The notes beneath the pieces are model-generated. The model was not told the origin of the DNA. It did not search any database and saw nothing but the letters and a program-made list of their open reading frames with translations. A program made the position numbers and the translations under genes. DNA of 64,000 nucleotides from an uncultured Actinomycetes bacterium (lineage in GTDB: Bacteria; Actinomycetota; Thermoleophilia; Solirubrobacterales; 70-9): contig CAWALB010000006.1 of the NCBI GenBank assembly GCA_963782795.1, forward strand, positions 34,808 to 98,807. The letters run 5' to 3'. Below, one piece after another: positions 20,410 to 28,931 of the stretch (position 1 is its first letter; every line of letters starts with the position of its first letter).

Positions 20410-21750
20410 CTACCGCGTCAGGGTCAGCACCTTGGTGCCGGTTCCGGCGCGATTGTCGTCGCCGCTCCACTGGGCCACGACGAAGAGCTCCTTCTTCTTC
20501 TTGACCTTGAACTTCGCCGTGAACTTGCCGTTGGAGGCCGCGGTCAGCGTGTCGTTCCTCCAGTTCGTATCCGCGGACTTGCGGCTCGAGACGACAATCT
20601 GCTCGCCGCCCTCCGGAGGCGACAGCTTGCCGATTACCTTCACCTTCTTGTTCGCCTTCGACGACTTCTTCTTCGCCACGTCGAGAGTCAGCTTGGACGC
20701 ATCGCCCGCCTGACCGCCGGTGGTCGTCGCGAAGAAGCCCGCGTCAGCCGTGAATGGAGAGATCGCGAAGCCGGTCGCGTGCTCGTCCTGAACCTCGACC
20801 GAGTCCGGCGCGATCAGCTGCGGTTGCCACGTCTTGCCGCCGTCCTTCGTCCGGAACACGTAACCGGCACTCTGGCTCCCGAAGCGGTCGACGGAGACGT
20901 AGCCGGAGCTCGCCGATGAGAAGCTGATCCCGGTGCCCGCGTCGGTCCCGAGGGCCTTCACGACCTTCCACTTCTCACCGCCGTTCGATGTCTTGAACAG
21001 CTCCCCGGTGTCGGTGAGCGCATATCCCTTGCTCGCGCCCACGAAGTCCACGTCGCTCAGCTCCTGTTTCTTTGGGCCCTTCACCTTCTTCCACGTCTTG
21101 CCCTTGTCCCTCGACACCGCGATCTGCTTTCGCCCGAACGCGATGAGGGCCCCGCTCGCAACCTCGATGTCGTCGAGAGGCTTGCCCTTGACGGCCGTCG
21201 ACTTCACCGTCTTGAACGAGTTGCCGCCGTTGGTGGAGATCCGAATCCCCTTGGGCCCGACGAGCAGGATCCTGTTGGCGTCCAGGGCGAGTAGGGCGTG
21301 CGGGTTCGCCGACGCTCCGGTGTCGAGGTTCGACCAGCTCGAGCCGCCGTTCACGGTCTTGAACACACCTCCCGCTGTGTCGAGCGCGAAGCCCGTGCTC
21401 TGACTCGGGAAGGAGGCATCGCGAATGTCCGCCGGCGTGGTCACGCCAACTGTGAACCAATTCGCCCCTCCATCGACGGTTCGAGCGAGGATCCCGTTGT
21501 TTCCTCCCGCCTCGGCGAGCTGGGAGTTCGTCGCGCGCAGGTTCTGGAACCCGCTGCCCGTGATCCTCCCGCCGACGGGCGCCCACGTGGAGCCCGCGTT
21601 GTTGGAGACGACCGTCGCGCCGGCCTCTCCGACCGCGACGGCCCTTGACCCCGACACGAACCCCGCGCCAAAGATCTTCTGGGTCGATGGGCTGACCGAG
21701 CTGCCGTGGACGCCGCCGTCGCTCGTGCGCACCAGCTGCCCGCCACCCAA
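20410..21750 (-). CDS. BNR/Ycf48-like beta-propeller repeat protein, C-terminal continuation
   Basis: Repeated SxDGGxTW-type units (TSDGG, VDGGANW, NGGSSW, NGGNSF, DKGKTW, NGGEKW, DGGKTW) and a K-rich Ig-like tail. No signal peptide or SD. Same frame as 21838..22710, separated by one TGA. Confidence 0.6.
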   Translation of the reverse strand: MGGGQLVRTSDGGVHGSSVSPSTQKIFGAGFVSGSRAVAVGEAGATVVSNNAGSTWAPVGGRITGSGFQNLRATNSQLAEAGGNNGILARTVDGGANWFTVGVTTPADIRDASFPSQSTGFALDTAGGVFKTVNGGSSWSNLDTGASANPHALLALDANRILLVGPKGIRISTNGGNSFKTVKSTAVKGKPLDDIEVASGALIAFGRKQIAVSRDKGKTWKKVKGPKKQELSDVDFVGASKGYALTDTGELFKTSNGGEKWKVVKALGTDAGTGISFSSASSGYVSVDRFGSQSAGYVFRTKDGGKTWQPQLIAPDSVEVQDEHATGFAISPFTADAGFFATTTGGQAGDASKLTLDVAKKKSSKANKKVKVIGKLSPPEGGEQIVVSSRKSADTNWRNDTLTAASNGKFTAKFKVKKKKELFVVAQWSGDDNRAGTGTKVLTLTR

Positions 21751-21837
21751 CTCGGTGATCAGGCACTTGGCGCCGCCCGCGCAGCCGATCGATACCAGGG
21801 CCGGTGCTCCGGCAACTCCCGCAAGGTGTCTCGGGCT

Positions 21838-22710
21838 TCATGTCGCGCCCGAGTTGGCGCTCTTCAGGAGCGTCTTTCCGGCGCCGACCGCGTATCCCGC
21901 GCCGCCGTTGAACTCGAGCCCGTTCAGGCCGTTGGGGGCTCCTTTGGTTTTCGGGGCGCTCGCCACGTCGGTCCACGAGTTGCCGCCGTCGGTCGTCTGG
22001 AAGATCTTCCCGTCGCCGCCCCCACTGGTCGTCACCACACCCGTCTCGGCGCCGGTGAAGAAGATGTCGGTCGGAGAGCGCGAGCCGCCGGCCGAGTCAG
22101 TTCCCGGGATCGACGTCTTGCGGGAGAACGTGGCTCCGCCGTCGTCGGTGCGCAGGATGCTCCCGTCCTGTGTCATCAGGTAGCCCACCGAGGGGCTCGG
22201 AAAGGCAAACGAGGCGATCGGACTGGGACAGCTCTGATCGCTCCCGGTCCATGGCAGCCGGGTGAAGGTCTTCCCGCCGTCGTCGGAGCGGCGCAGCGCG
22301 CAGTCGCCCCCGATCACCACCGTGTTGGAATCGATCACGCGCACGGTGACCAGCGGAGCGGTGATGCCCGTCGGCAGCCCCTCCCAGGTCGCGCCGCCGT
22401 CGTCGGTCCGCAGCAGCGTGCCGAAGTCCCCGGCCGCGTACCCGCGGGATCCGACGAAGTCGATCCCGTGAAGCGAGTTGCCCTGCGGCTGGGGGTCGCC
22501 CCAGAACCACCCGGAGTGGCCGACGGACACGCCCGCCCCGGCCAGCACCCCCCGCGCTCCCGGACCGCTCGCGGCCCCGGCCTCGGTCGTCCCGAGGAGA
22601 ACGCTCGCGATCGCGGCGGTGACGAGCACCACCGCTGCAACGAACGGCGTCCGTGCACGCTGATGGCCCAGCCCCTTCGTGGCCGGCCCCGTCTCGCTCA
22701 TCGGCCTCAT
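21838..22710 (-). CDS. secreted BNR/Ycf48-like beta-propeller repeat protein, N-terminal part
   Basis: Signal/TM segment (VAAVVLVTAAIASVLLG) and repeats (TDDGGATW, SDDGGKTF, TDDGGATF, TDGGNSW). Ends at an in-frame TGA. Confidence 0.6.
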   Translation of the reverse strand: MRPMSETGPATKGLGHQRARTPFVAAVVLVTAAIASVLLGTTEAGAASGPGARGVLAGAGVSVGHSGWFWGDPQPQGNSLHGIDFVGSRGYAAGDFGTLLRTDDGGATWEGLPTGITAPLVTVRVIDSNTVVIGGDCALRRSDDGGKTFTRLPWTGSDQSCPSPIASFAFPSPSVGYLMTQDGSILRTDDGGATFSRKTSIPGTDSAGGSRSPTDIFFTGAETGVVTTSGGGDGKIFQTTDGGNSWTDVASAPKTKGAPNGLNGLEFNGGAGYAVGAGKTLLKSANSGAT

Positions 22711-22820
22711 CTTGTCTCCCCGTCTTATTAGCGCTGCGCCCTGCTGAGTCGGTCAGCACCATGTGTAGGAGAACAGACCGCGGCCCCGGAAGTAGCGGTG
22801 GGGCGTCAGATTCCGGACAC

Positions 22821-23636
22821 TTACTCGCTCGCAACGTCGCGGCGCAGGAAGATGAGGCCCGCGGCAACGAGGGCCGGCACCGCGTAGAGCGCGCAGATCC
22901 ACACCGCTCGCACGATCGGCGCCCAGTCGACCGGGGTCCGCAGGAGCCCCTGCCAGGCGTTGAACTGCGTGCTGAGCAGGTACGGGTGCAGGGCCGAGAG
23001 CCCCGGGAGGATGTCGACGAGCTGCAGGAGGAGCGAGAACATCAGCGTGCCGACGATGGCCGCCCCACTGTTCCGGAGGGCGGTCGACAGCAGCAGCGCG
23101 ATCGAGGCGATCGCGAGGATCGGAAGCAGATAGACGAGCATGCTTGCCCCGACCAGGGCGAGCCCGTGCGGCGCGGAGACCTCCGTTCCCGAGAGGCTCG
23201 TGATCGGGTTGAAGCCCGAGGCGAGGATTCCGGCGACGAGCGCGACGCCGCCGGTGATCGCGATCGCGGCGATCGCGTAGCTGGCGGCTGCCAGGGCCTT
23301 AGCCGCGAAGATCTGATGGCGCTCGGCGGAGCGCGTGAGGATCGCCTTGAGCGTGTCGTGGCGGTCCTCGGCCGCGACGATGTCGCCGGCGACCAGCGCG
23401 GTGATCAGCGGGAACATCCAGATCGAGCCGAACAGCAGCAGCACCAGCGGGATCGCGAGCCCTGTGTCGTGGACGTAGCGGCCGAACACGACGTCCCGGG
23501 GCTCGCCGCCCTGGGTAACAAGCGCGATGACGAAGATGAGCGGGATGACGGCCGCCGCGCCGAGGCCCAGGTAGGTGCGCTTCTGAGCGCGGAGCTTCCT
23601 CAGCTCCCACCGGTAGATGGCGAGGACGCTGGGCAT
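22821..23636 (-). CDS. ABC-2 type exporter permease
   Basis: Starts MPSVLAIYRWELRKLRAQKRTY, six hydrophobic segments. The ATG shares one nt with the ATPase stop. Coordinate derived by codon count from the track ORF end. Confidence 0.8.
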   Translation of the reverse strand: MPSVLAIYRWELRKLRAQKRTYLGLGAAAVIPLIFVIALVTQGGEPRDVVFGRYVHDTGLAIPLVLLLFGSIWMFPLITALVAGDIVAAEDRHDTLKAILTRSAERHQIFAAKALAAASYAIAAIAITGGVALVAGILASGFNPITSLSGTEVSAPHGLALVGASMLVYLLPILAIASIALLLSTALRNSGAAIVGTLMFSLLLQLVDILPGLSALHPYLLSTQFNAWQGLLRTPVDWAPIVRAVWICALYAVPALVAAGLIFLRRDVASE

Positions 23637-24625
23637 CAGGCGGCCACCGCCGTTTCGGCGGGCTCGGCGGCGTCGGGCGCCGGCGAGGCCCCGTCCTCGG
23701 TGAGGCGGAAGAAGAGCTCCTCCAGGGTCGCGTGCTTGGGGCTCAGCTCGAGGACCGCGATGCCCGCCTCGGCGAGACCGAGCGAGAAGTCGCCGACGCT
23801 CCGCTCGTCGGCGGCCTTGAAGGAGAGCCCCCCGGACTGGTCGGCCTCGATGGCTCGGACGTTCGGCTGCCGGGACAGGATCTCCCGCGCGCGGTCGTCG
23901 TCGGTCGTCCGGACCAGGTAGCTGAGGCCGGCCGTCTGTCTGAGCTCCGCGAGCGAGCCCTCGTAGGCGATCCGGCCCCGGCGGACGATCGCGACGCGGT
24001 TGCACAGCTCGTCGACCTCGGTCAGGAGATGACTGGAGAGCAACACGGTGATGCCCCGCACCGACAGCTCGCGGACGAGCTCCCGCATGTCGCGCATCCC
24101 GGCCGGGTCGAGCCCCGTCGTGGGCTCGTCGAGGATCAGCAGGCGCGGGCTGCGCAGCAGCGCCGCGGCGATCCCCAGGCGCTGGCGCATGCCGTGGGAG
24201 TAGCCCCGCACCCTGTCCTTGGCGCGGTCAAGGAGGCCGACCGTCTCGAGGACCTCGTCGATGCGGGTCGCCGACCCCGTGGCCGGCCCGTCGAGCGCGG
24301 CGAAGAGCTCGAGGTTCCTGCGGCCGCTGAAGTAGGGGTAGAAGGACGGGGCCTCGACGAAGCCGGCGACGCCCTCGAGGGCCGCGACGCTCACCTGCGG
24401 GTCGCGCCCGAACAGCCGCACGGACCCGGCGGTCGGGCGAATCAGGCCAAGCATCATCCGCAGCGACGTCGTCTTGCCGGCCCCGTTCGGGCCCAGGTAG
24501 CCGAATACGTCCCCCGGCTCGATCGTCAGGTCGACTCCGTCGACGGCCACGATCTCGCCGTAGCGCTTCGCGAGGCCGCGAACCTCTATCGGCGGCGCGC
24601 CACCCGCCGCCCGGCCCTCGGGCAC
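23636..24625 (-). CDS. ABC exporter ATP-binding protein
   Basis: Walker A GPNGAGKTT, signature YSHGMRQRL, Walker B LLILDEPTTGLD. GTG start. Confidence 0.9.
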   Translation of the reverse strand: MPEGRAAGGAPPIEVRGLAKRYGEIVAVDGVDLTIEPGDVFGYLGPNGAGKTTSLRMMLGLIRPTAGSVRLFGRDPQVSVAALEGVAGFVEAPSFYPYFSGRRNLELFAALDGPATGSATRIDEVLETVGLLDRAKDRVRGYSHGMRQRLGIAAALLRSPRLLILDEPTTGLDPAGMRDMRELVRELSVRGITVLLSSHLLTEVDELCNRVAIVRRGRIAYEGSLAELRQTAGLSYLVRTTDDDRAREILSRQPNVRAIEADQSGGLSFKAADERSVGDFSLGLAEAGIAVLELSPKHATLEELFFRLTEDGASPAPDAAEPAETAVAA

Positions 24626-24628
24626 CGG

Positions 24629-25318
24629 CTAGAGACCCCGTGCGGCTGCCTCGGCGACGCCGCGGGGGACGGAGCCGGCGACCACGTACTCCACACCGTC
24701 GCGCTTGAAGTGGAGCACGGTGCCCAGCGGGGTCTGAAGCTCGTCGGCGGACACGCCTCCCAGGGAGACCTTCGGCAGGGTGAGCTCGCCGGAGCGAGCG
24801 GAGGCCAGCCCCGCTTGCGAATTGCCGTGGGACGCCGGGTACTCCACGACGGCCACGCCGTCCAGTCCGCGGCCGTAGGTGACGAGGGCGCCGTTCGACT
24901 TCTCGCCGCGGATCAGGCGCACCCCCTGCCGCGGCATGCCCGCGAGCGTGTCGGGCGCTCGCATCCGGAAGTTGAGCTTGGAAGCAACCGCCGACGATCC
25001 CGTGACCTGGGCCCGGGCTGGCTGGTGCGCGGAGGAGTGACTCCGGCTGAGGGTGCCGAGGGTGTCGACCTTCGTTCCGGGTGCTGGAGCGACGTCGAAG
25101 ACCGAGCTGGAGACTGACCCGAAGGAGATGTCCGTGACCTTGAGCTCGAGCACGGGCGAGCTCGACCCGTGCGCGTAGACCGCCGCCTCCAGAGGCGTGC
25201 CGTGGACGGCGTCCCAGGCGAGCGCGGCACCGTCGAGGAGGCCGCCGTGGCTCTTGGGCGAGACCCGCACCCTGTACGCCGGCCGGCCGGCGACATCCGT
25301 GGGCATGGCTCCGCTCAC
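24629..25318 (-). CDS. LolA-fold/DUF4367-like protein, C-terminal portion
   Basis: Begins VSGAMPTDVAGRPAYRVRVSPK, a motif normally internal to actinobacterial LolA-like proteins. No signal peptide of its own. Confidence 0.5.
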   Translation of the reverse strand: MSGAMPTDVAGRPAYRVRVSPKSHGGLLDGAALAWDAVHGTPLEAAVYAHGSSSPVLELKVTDISFGSVSSSVFDVAPAPGTKVDTLGTLSRSHSSAHQPARAQVTGSSAVASKLNFRMRAPDTLAGMPRQGVRLIRGEKSNGALVTYGRGLDGVAVVEYPASHGNSQAGLASARSGELTLPKVSLGGVSADELQTPLGTVLHFKRDGVEYVVAGSVPRGVAEAAARGL

Positions 25319-25328
25319 GTTGAGGTGC

Positions 25329-25829
25329 CTACTGAGCGTTCGCCAGCGCCCGGCGAATCCGGGTGACCGAGGGCGGACCCTCCGATCGGGCGCCTCCGGC
25401 GGGCTTGCCCGTCTCGCGCGGCAGCGTGCCTCGGTACGCCCTGCTGCTGTCGCCGCTGTAGACGAGGAAGCGCCGGCCGTTGACGACGATCTCGCTGTCG
25501 CCGCGAGCGGAGTCCGACTGGAGCTCGAGCCGCAGGTCGCCGCCGGGGGTGGCCCACAGCCGCCCCGAGCCTCCAGTCAGTAGCGGATCGGAACCCTGAA
25601 CGCTGTCGGAGGTGAGGAGGTGGTTGGTGAACTCGATCCGGGCCGAGATCCCCGCCACCCGTGGAGCGGCTAGGGCGTCATGGACGGCATTGGGCAGAGG
25701 CTTGGCGGGAGGCGTCGGACCGCCGCCGGAGGCAGCCAGGGCAATCGCGGCCGTCGCGATGCCGACGACCACGACTCCGGCGCAGAGGGCCAGGAGCCTG
25801 CGAGTTGAGATGCGACGCAGATAGCTCAT
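25329..25829 (-). CDS. membrane-anchored LolA-like protein, N-terminal portion
   Basis: MSYLRRISTRRLLALCAGVVVVGIATAAIALA anchor, then a LolA-like half domain (GRLWATPGGDLRLELQS...VVNGRRFLVY). Confidence 0.5.
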   Translation of the reverse strand: MSYLRRISTRRLLALCAGVVVVGIATAAIALAASGGGPTPPAKPLPNAVHDALAAPRVAGISARIEFTNHLLTSDSVQGSDPLLTGGSGRLWATPGGDLRLELQSDSARGDSEIVVNGRRFLVYSGDSSRAYRGTLPRETGKPAGGARSEGPPSVTRIRRALANAQ

Positions 25830-25910
25830 CCAGGTGCCCGCTTCCACCAAACAGGCTACGCCCTTCGATCAACCGGCCCTAGGAGCCCGGCATGCCGCGC
25901 GGAACGGAGC

Positions 25911-26474
25911 TCAGAGCGCGCCCTTGTGGCGCTTGACGTGCGACTGGGTCTTCTCCCAGCCCATGCCCTGCGCCCAGCCCGGACCGGCGCCCTTGGTGTC
26001 CGCGGTGTCGAACCGCAGGCCCGCGATCGTCATGAAGGCGTGGCTCGGGTTGGCGTAGACCGTGATCCACGCGCCCTTCCTGGCCTTGCCCCATGTCTTC
26101 AGGCCGCTCGGCGGCTTGGCGTGCTTGATCAGGTGCCCGCCGTGGAGGGCGTAGCTGACGGAGCTGGAGCAGTCGTAGCAGGGGGACTGCCAGCTCGAGT
26201 AGCCGCCACCGCTGCAGTAGCCCTTGCCCTTGGCGATGTCGTTGGCGGCCGCGATGACCTGCTTCACGCGGCGCGGCGCCGACTTCGGGGCGACCGCCTT
26301 GCCGTGGACGAGCTTGGCCTTATGGCCCTTGACCGTCGGCGACGGGTCGGTCGTTCCGGTGCCACCGCTGTTTGCCATGGCGGACGGGCTCGCGAGGACG
26401 AACGCGCCGATGCACGCAGCGGACACGGCGGCCGCTACTCGTGGGCGTCGGATGCGAAAACGGTTGGGGAGCAT
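25911..26474 (-). CDS. secreted NlpC/P60-like (C40) putative cell-wall hydrolase
   Basis: AAGGAGA SD 7 nt before the ATG. Signal peptide (RPRVAAAVSAACIGAFVLASPSAMA). YDCSSSVSYAL nucleophile-like motif and a downstream HAFMTIAG. The track ORF extends upstream across the riboswitch and was trimmed. Confidence 0.55.
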   Translation of the reverse strand: MLPNRFRIRRPRVAAAVSAACIGAFVLASPSAMANSGGTGTTDPSPTVKGHKAKLVHGKAVAPKSAPRRVKQVIAAANDIAKGKGYCSGGGYSSWQSPCYDCSSSVSYALHGGHLIKHAKPPSGLKTWGKARKGAWITVYANPSHAFMTIAGLRFDTADTKGAGPGWAQGMGWEKTQSHVKRHKGAL

Positions 26475-26489
26475 GAATCGGTCTCCTTC

Positions 26490-26615
26490 GTCGGCCTGCG
26501 GGGTTAGCTGACGGGCTGGCGCTAAAGGAGCCTGCGCCCCCGCCCGAGTCGGGCGAGTTAGCCCCGGAAGTGGATCCCCCGCTCCTCGCCGCTGGTGGCG
26601 AGGACTCGGCTTGTT
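26490..26615 (-). promoter_or_regulatory. c-di-AMP riboswitch (ydaO/yuaA class), copy 2
   Basis: The minus strand reads GCCGAGUCC-hairpin-AGCGGGGGAUCC...GGGGGCGCAGG...AGCCCGUCAGCUAACCCCGCAGGCC, then GAC, GAAGGAGA and 7 nt to the AUG. It matches the remembered B. subtilis ydaO blocks (GCGGGGGACCCA; CCCGUCAGCUAACCUCGUAAGC) and copy 1 at 35236..35376. Confidence 0.7.
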
Positions 26616-26928
26616 CCAGTGCTCGAGCGAGCAGGGTAGCGAACGTGCTCGTCGGAGGTTGCGGTTGCCACGCCGGCCATTACAGGCCTCATACCGGTTT
26701 CGGCCCCTACTAGCGAACAGGGCTCTCCGACGCTTGTCCTGTCGGAGGGGCCACGCCCCCAGAGCAATCACTCAGGAGAGCCAAATGTCTCGCATCGAGT
26801 TCTCAGGCACGCGAAGCCAGTACCACCGAACGACCTAACGATGCGAGGCGTTCACCACATGCTCTAGTGCATCATCGCGGCGGCGGGGCCAGCCCTCGCC
26901 GCGGCGATGTTGGTTCCACGCAGACCCG

Positions 26929-27051
26929 CTACGGGACCGCCTTCCAGAGCTCCGTGCCGTGGGTTGGGTCGGTGGCCGAGAAGAAGAGAGTTCCGCCAAC
27001 GTTCGTGAGGGATAGCGGGTTCCCATCCCCGCCCGGGTTGATGTCCTGGAC
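26929..27051 (-). pseudogene. orphan single unit of an ELWxxDG-type repeat protein (gene remnant)
   Basis: ...VQDINPGGDGNPLSLTNVGGTLFFSATDPTHGTELWKAVP* is one repeat unit with no credible start or partner repeats. Confidence 0.3.
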
Positions 27052-27256
27052 GAGACGGCGGATGCAGTGACGGCCATGCGCGTTCGGCGTGTACTTCCCT
27101 GTCCCTGGGTCGGTGGCATCCGTATCCCTTGGTTGGAGTCGAGTGCGTGATCCGCTTCTAGCCGGCACCGCCGGCGGCGCGAGCGCGAGGCTATCCGGGC
27201 ATTCGTCCGCCGTCAACCGCCGGGACCGCACTCAGCGCAGCCGCGTCGCGGCGGGA

Positions 27257-27727
27257 CTAAGCGCCCAGCATCCCACCCGAGAGCCGGTCCAGATCGCCAC
27301 CGAGCAGGTGCGCGGCGCCGGCGAGACGTAGGCGCTCTGGGGACGTGAGGCGGGAAATCAATCCCTCGAGTGCGGCCTGCCGTTTCTCTTCCAGCAAGTG
27401 AAGGAGACGACGGCCGCGGAGCGTGATCACAAACGCCCGCTCGGGTCCCCGCCCGCCGCCGGCACGGGCGGCCAGGCCGCGACTACGAAGCCGCTCAGAT
27501 GCCTGCCCACTTTGCCCGACGCTGGTCTGCGTCAGCTGCGCGATTTCATCAAGAGTCGCGGCCGCGCCCAACTCCCCGAGTGCGATCAGCAGTCGCATCT
27601 CGAGCAGCGATAGTTGCGCCACCCCCGACTGACCAAGGTCGACGCGGGCGATCGTTCGCATCATCTCCTCCAGGAAGGCGAGCAGCTGCCGTGCCGTCGT
27701 GCGTCCGTCCTGCGCCTCGTTGGTCAT
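27257..27727 (-). CDS. MarR-like transcriptional regulator
   Basis: 156 aa with a wHTH pattern (LSLLEMRLLIALGELGAAATLDEIAQLTQTSVGQSGQASERLRSRGL). Confidence 0.7.
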   Translation of the reverse strand: MTNEAQDGRTTARQLLAFLEEMMRTIARVDLGQSGVAQLSLLEMRLLIALGELGAAATLDEIAQLTQTSVGQSGQASERLRSRGLAARAGGGRGPERAFVITLRGRRLLHLLEEKRQAALEGLISRLTSPERLRLAGAAHLLGGDLDRLSGGMLGA

Positions 27728-27860
27728 CGGGCCTCCTTAGCCGCGCTCGTTGACGCCTCCAAGAAGATCACTGCAACTCAAGGAGGACATAAACAAAGGC
27801 TGAGAGATCGCCGAGTGCCTCGATGGACGTAAACCGCCCATAACGGGGTCGATCACGACG

Positions 27861-28748
27861 TCAGTGACCCGTGATCCCTCCCACCAGCACTCCTGAGCCA
27901 AGGTGGGCGCCAAGCACGGGCCCCACCTGCGTGCAAAAGAGCGGCTCTGTCCCGAAGATGGCCTGCCCGCGGGCCACGAGATGCTCGGCGTCCTCGGGCG
28001 CCTGAGCGTGCTGCACCACCCAATCCTTGGCACCGCGATCATGTAGTTCGCGCAGGTAGTCCTCCATCCGCTCCAGCGCCCGCCGCCGCGTCCGCACGCG
28101 GCCCACCGGTGCGATCTCACTACCAAAGGTCAGGATCGGCTTGACCTTCAGCGCCGACCCGAGCATCGCCTGTGCTGCTCCGATCCGACCGCCGCGGCGC
28201 AGGTACTCGAGGGTGTCGAGGCAAAACCAGATCTCGAGCCGCTCACGAGCCTGGCGCACCGCGTCCGCGACGACCGTGAGCTCGGCTCCTTGCTCTGCCG
28301 CCCGCGCCGCCGTCAACACGAGGCACCCGAGCCCGCCGGCACCGGTTTGGCCGTCGACAACTTCGACGCGCCCCGGATATCCACTCTCCGCCATGATCCG
28401 CGCGGCCTCCGACGCGCTCTCGAACGTTCCCGACAAGCCACTGGCCAGGTGGACTGAGACGACATCGCGGCCGGCGCTGACTAGCGGTTCAAAGCAGGCG
28501 CGAAAGTCACCGACGGACGGCTGTGAGGTCGTGGGAAGCGACGTGGAGTCGCGCAGCCGCGCGTAGAAGGCGTCGAGGTCGACGTAGGACTGCTCGGGGC
28601 GCAGGTCACCATCCCAGCCGACATACAGGTTGACCTGACGAATTCCCCGTCGGTCGACCAACTCCCACGGCAGGTACGGCGTGCTGTCGGTGACCACGGC
28701 AACGCCCGTGTTTGTGTCCGGCGTTCGGAGGCTACGGGATTCGCTCAC
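27861..28748 (-). CDS. DegV family (fatty-acid-binding) protein
   Basis: VAVVTDSTPYLP N-terminal signature and DegV-like body. The track ORF N-terminus (to 28865) is a translated tRNA, so I trimmed it to GTG 28748. The start is approximate. Confidence 0.8.
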   Translation of the reverse strand: MSESRSLRTPDTNTGVAVVTDSTPYLPWELVDRRGIRQVNLYVGWDGDLRPEQSYVDLDAFYARLRDSTSLPTTSQPSVGDFRACFEPLVSAGRDVVSVHLASGLSGTFESASEAARIMAESGYPGRVEVVDGQTGAGGLGCLVLTAARAAEQGAELTVVADAVRQARERLEIWFCLDTLEYLRRGGRIGAAQAMLGSALKVKPILTFGSEIAPVGRVRTRRRALERMEDYLRELHDRGAKDWVVQHAQAPEDAEHLVARGQAIFGTEPLFCTQVGPVLGAHLGSGVLVGGITGH

Positions 28749-28780
28749 CCGACAATGCTCGCTGATATCGGACGCCTTAG

Positions 28781-28871
28781 CGGAGGGGGAGGGATTCGAA
28801 CCCTCGATGGACGAGAAAACGCCCATAACGGTTTTCGAGACCGCCGCATTCAACCACTCTGCCACCCCTCC
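28781..28871 (-). tRNA. tRNA-Ser (anticodon CGA)
   Basis: GGAGGGG acceptor stem, anticodon stem-loop GCGGU-CUCGAAA-ACCGU, long variable arm, GGGTTCGAATCCC T-arm, discriminator G. CCA is not encoded. Confidence 0.9.
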
Positions 28872-28931
28872 GGATGGCAGAGCGTAGGCTAACGAGCAGC
28901 CTGAGTATGGTCGTGAGCTTCGTGCTCGGGG

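Noticed and set aside
21838-21840. The in-frame TGA of the BNR propeller gene as a selenocysteine codon.
   Set aside because: I saw only a weak 5-bp hairpin (GCCGG-AGCA-CCGGC) about 24 nt downstream and no SECIS-like apical loop. There is no redox-type Cys context and no sel genes or tRNA-Sec in the window. A nonsense mutation or base-call error is more parsimonious.
27861-28865. N-terminal 39 aa of the DegV ORF (MAEWLNAAVSKTVMGVFSSIEGSNPSPSAK...).
   Set aside because: That stretch is the translation of tRNA-Ser(CGA) at 28781..28871, so the CDS was trimmed.
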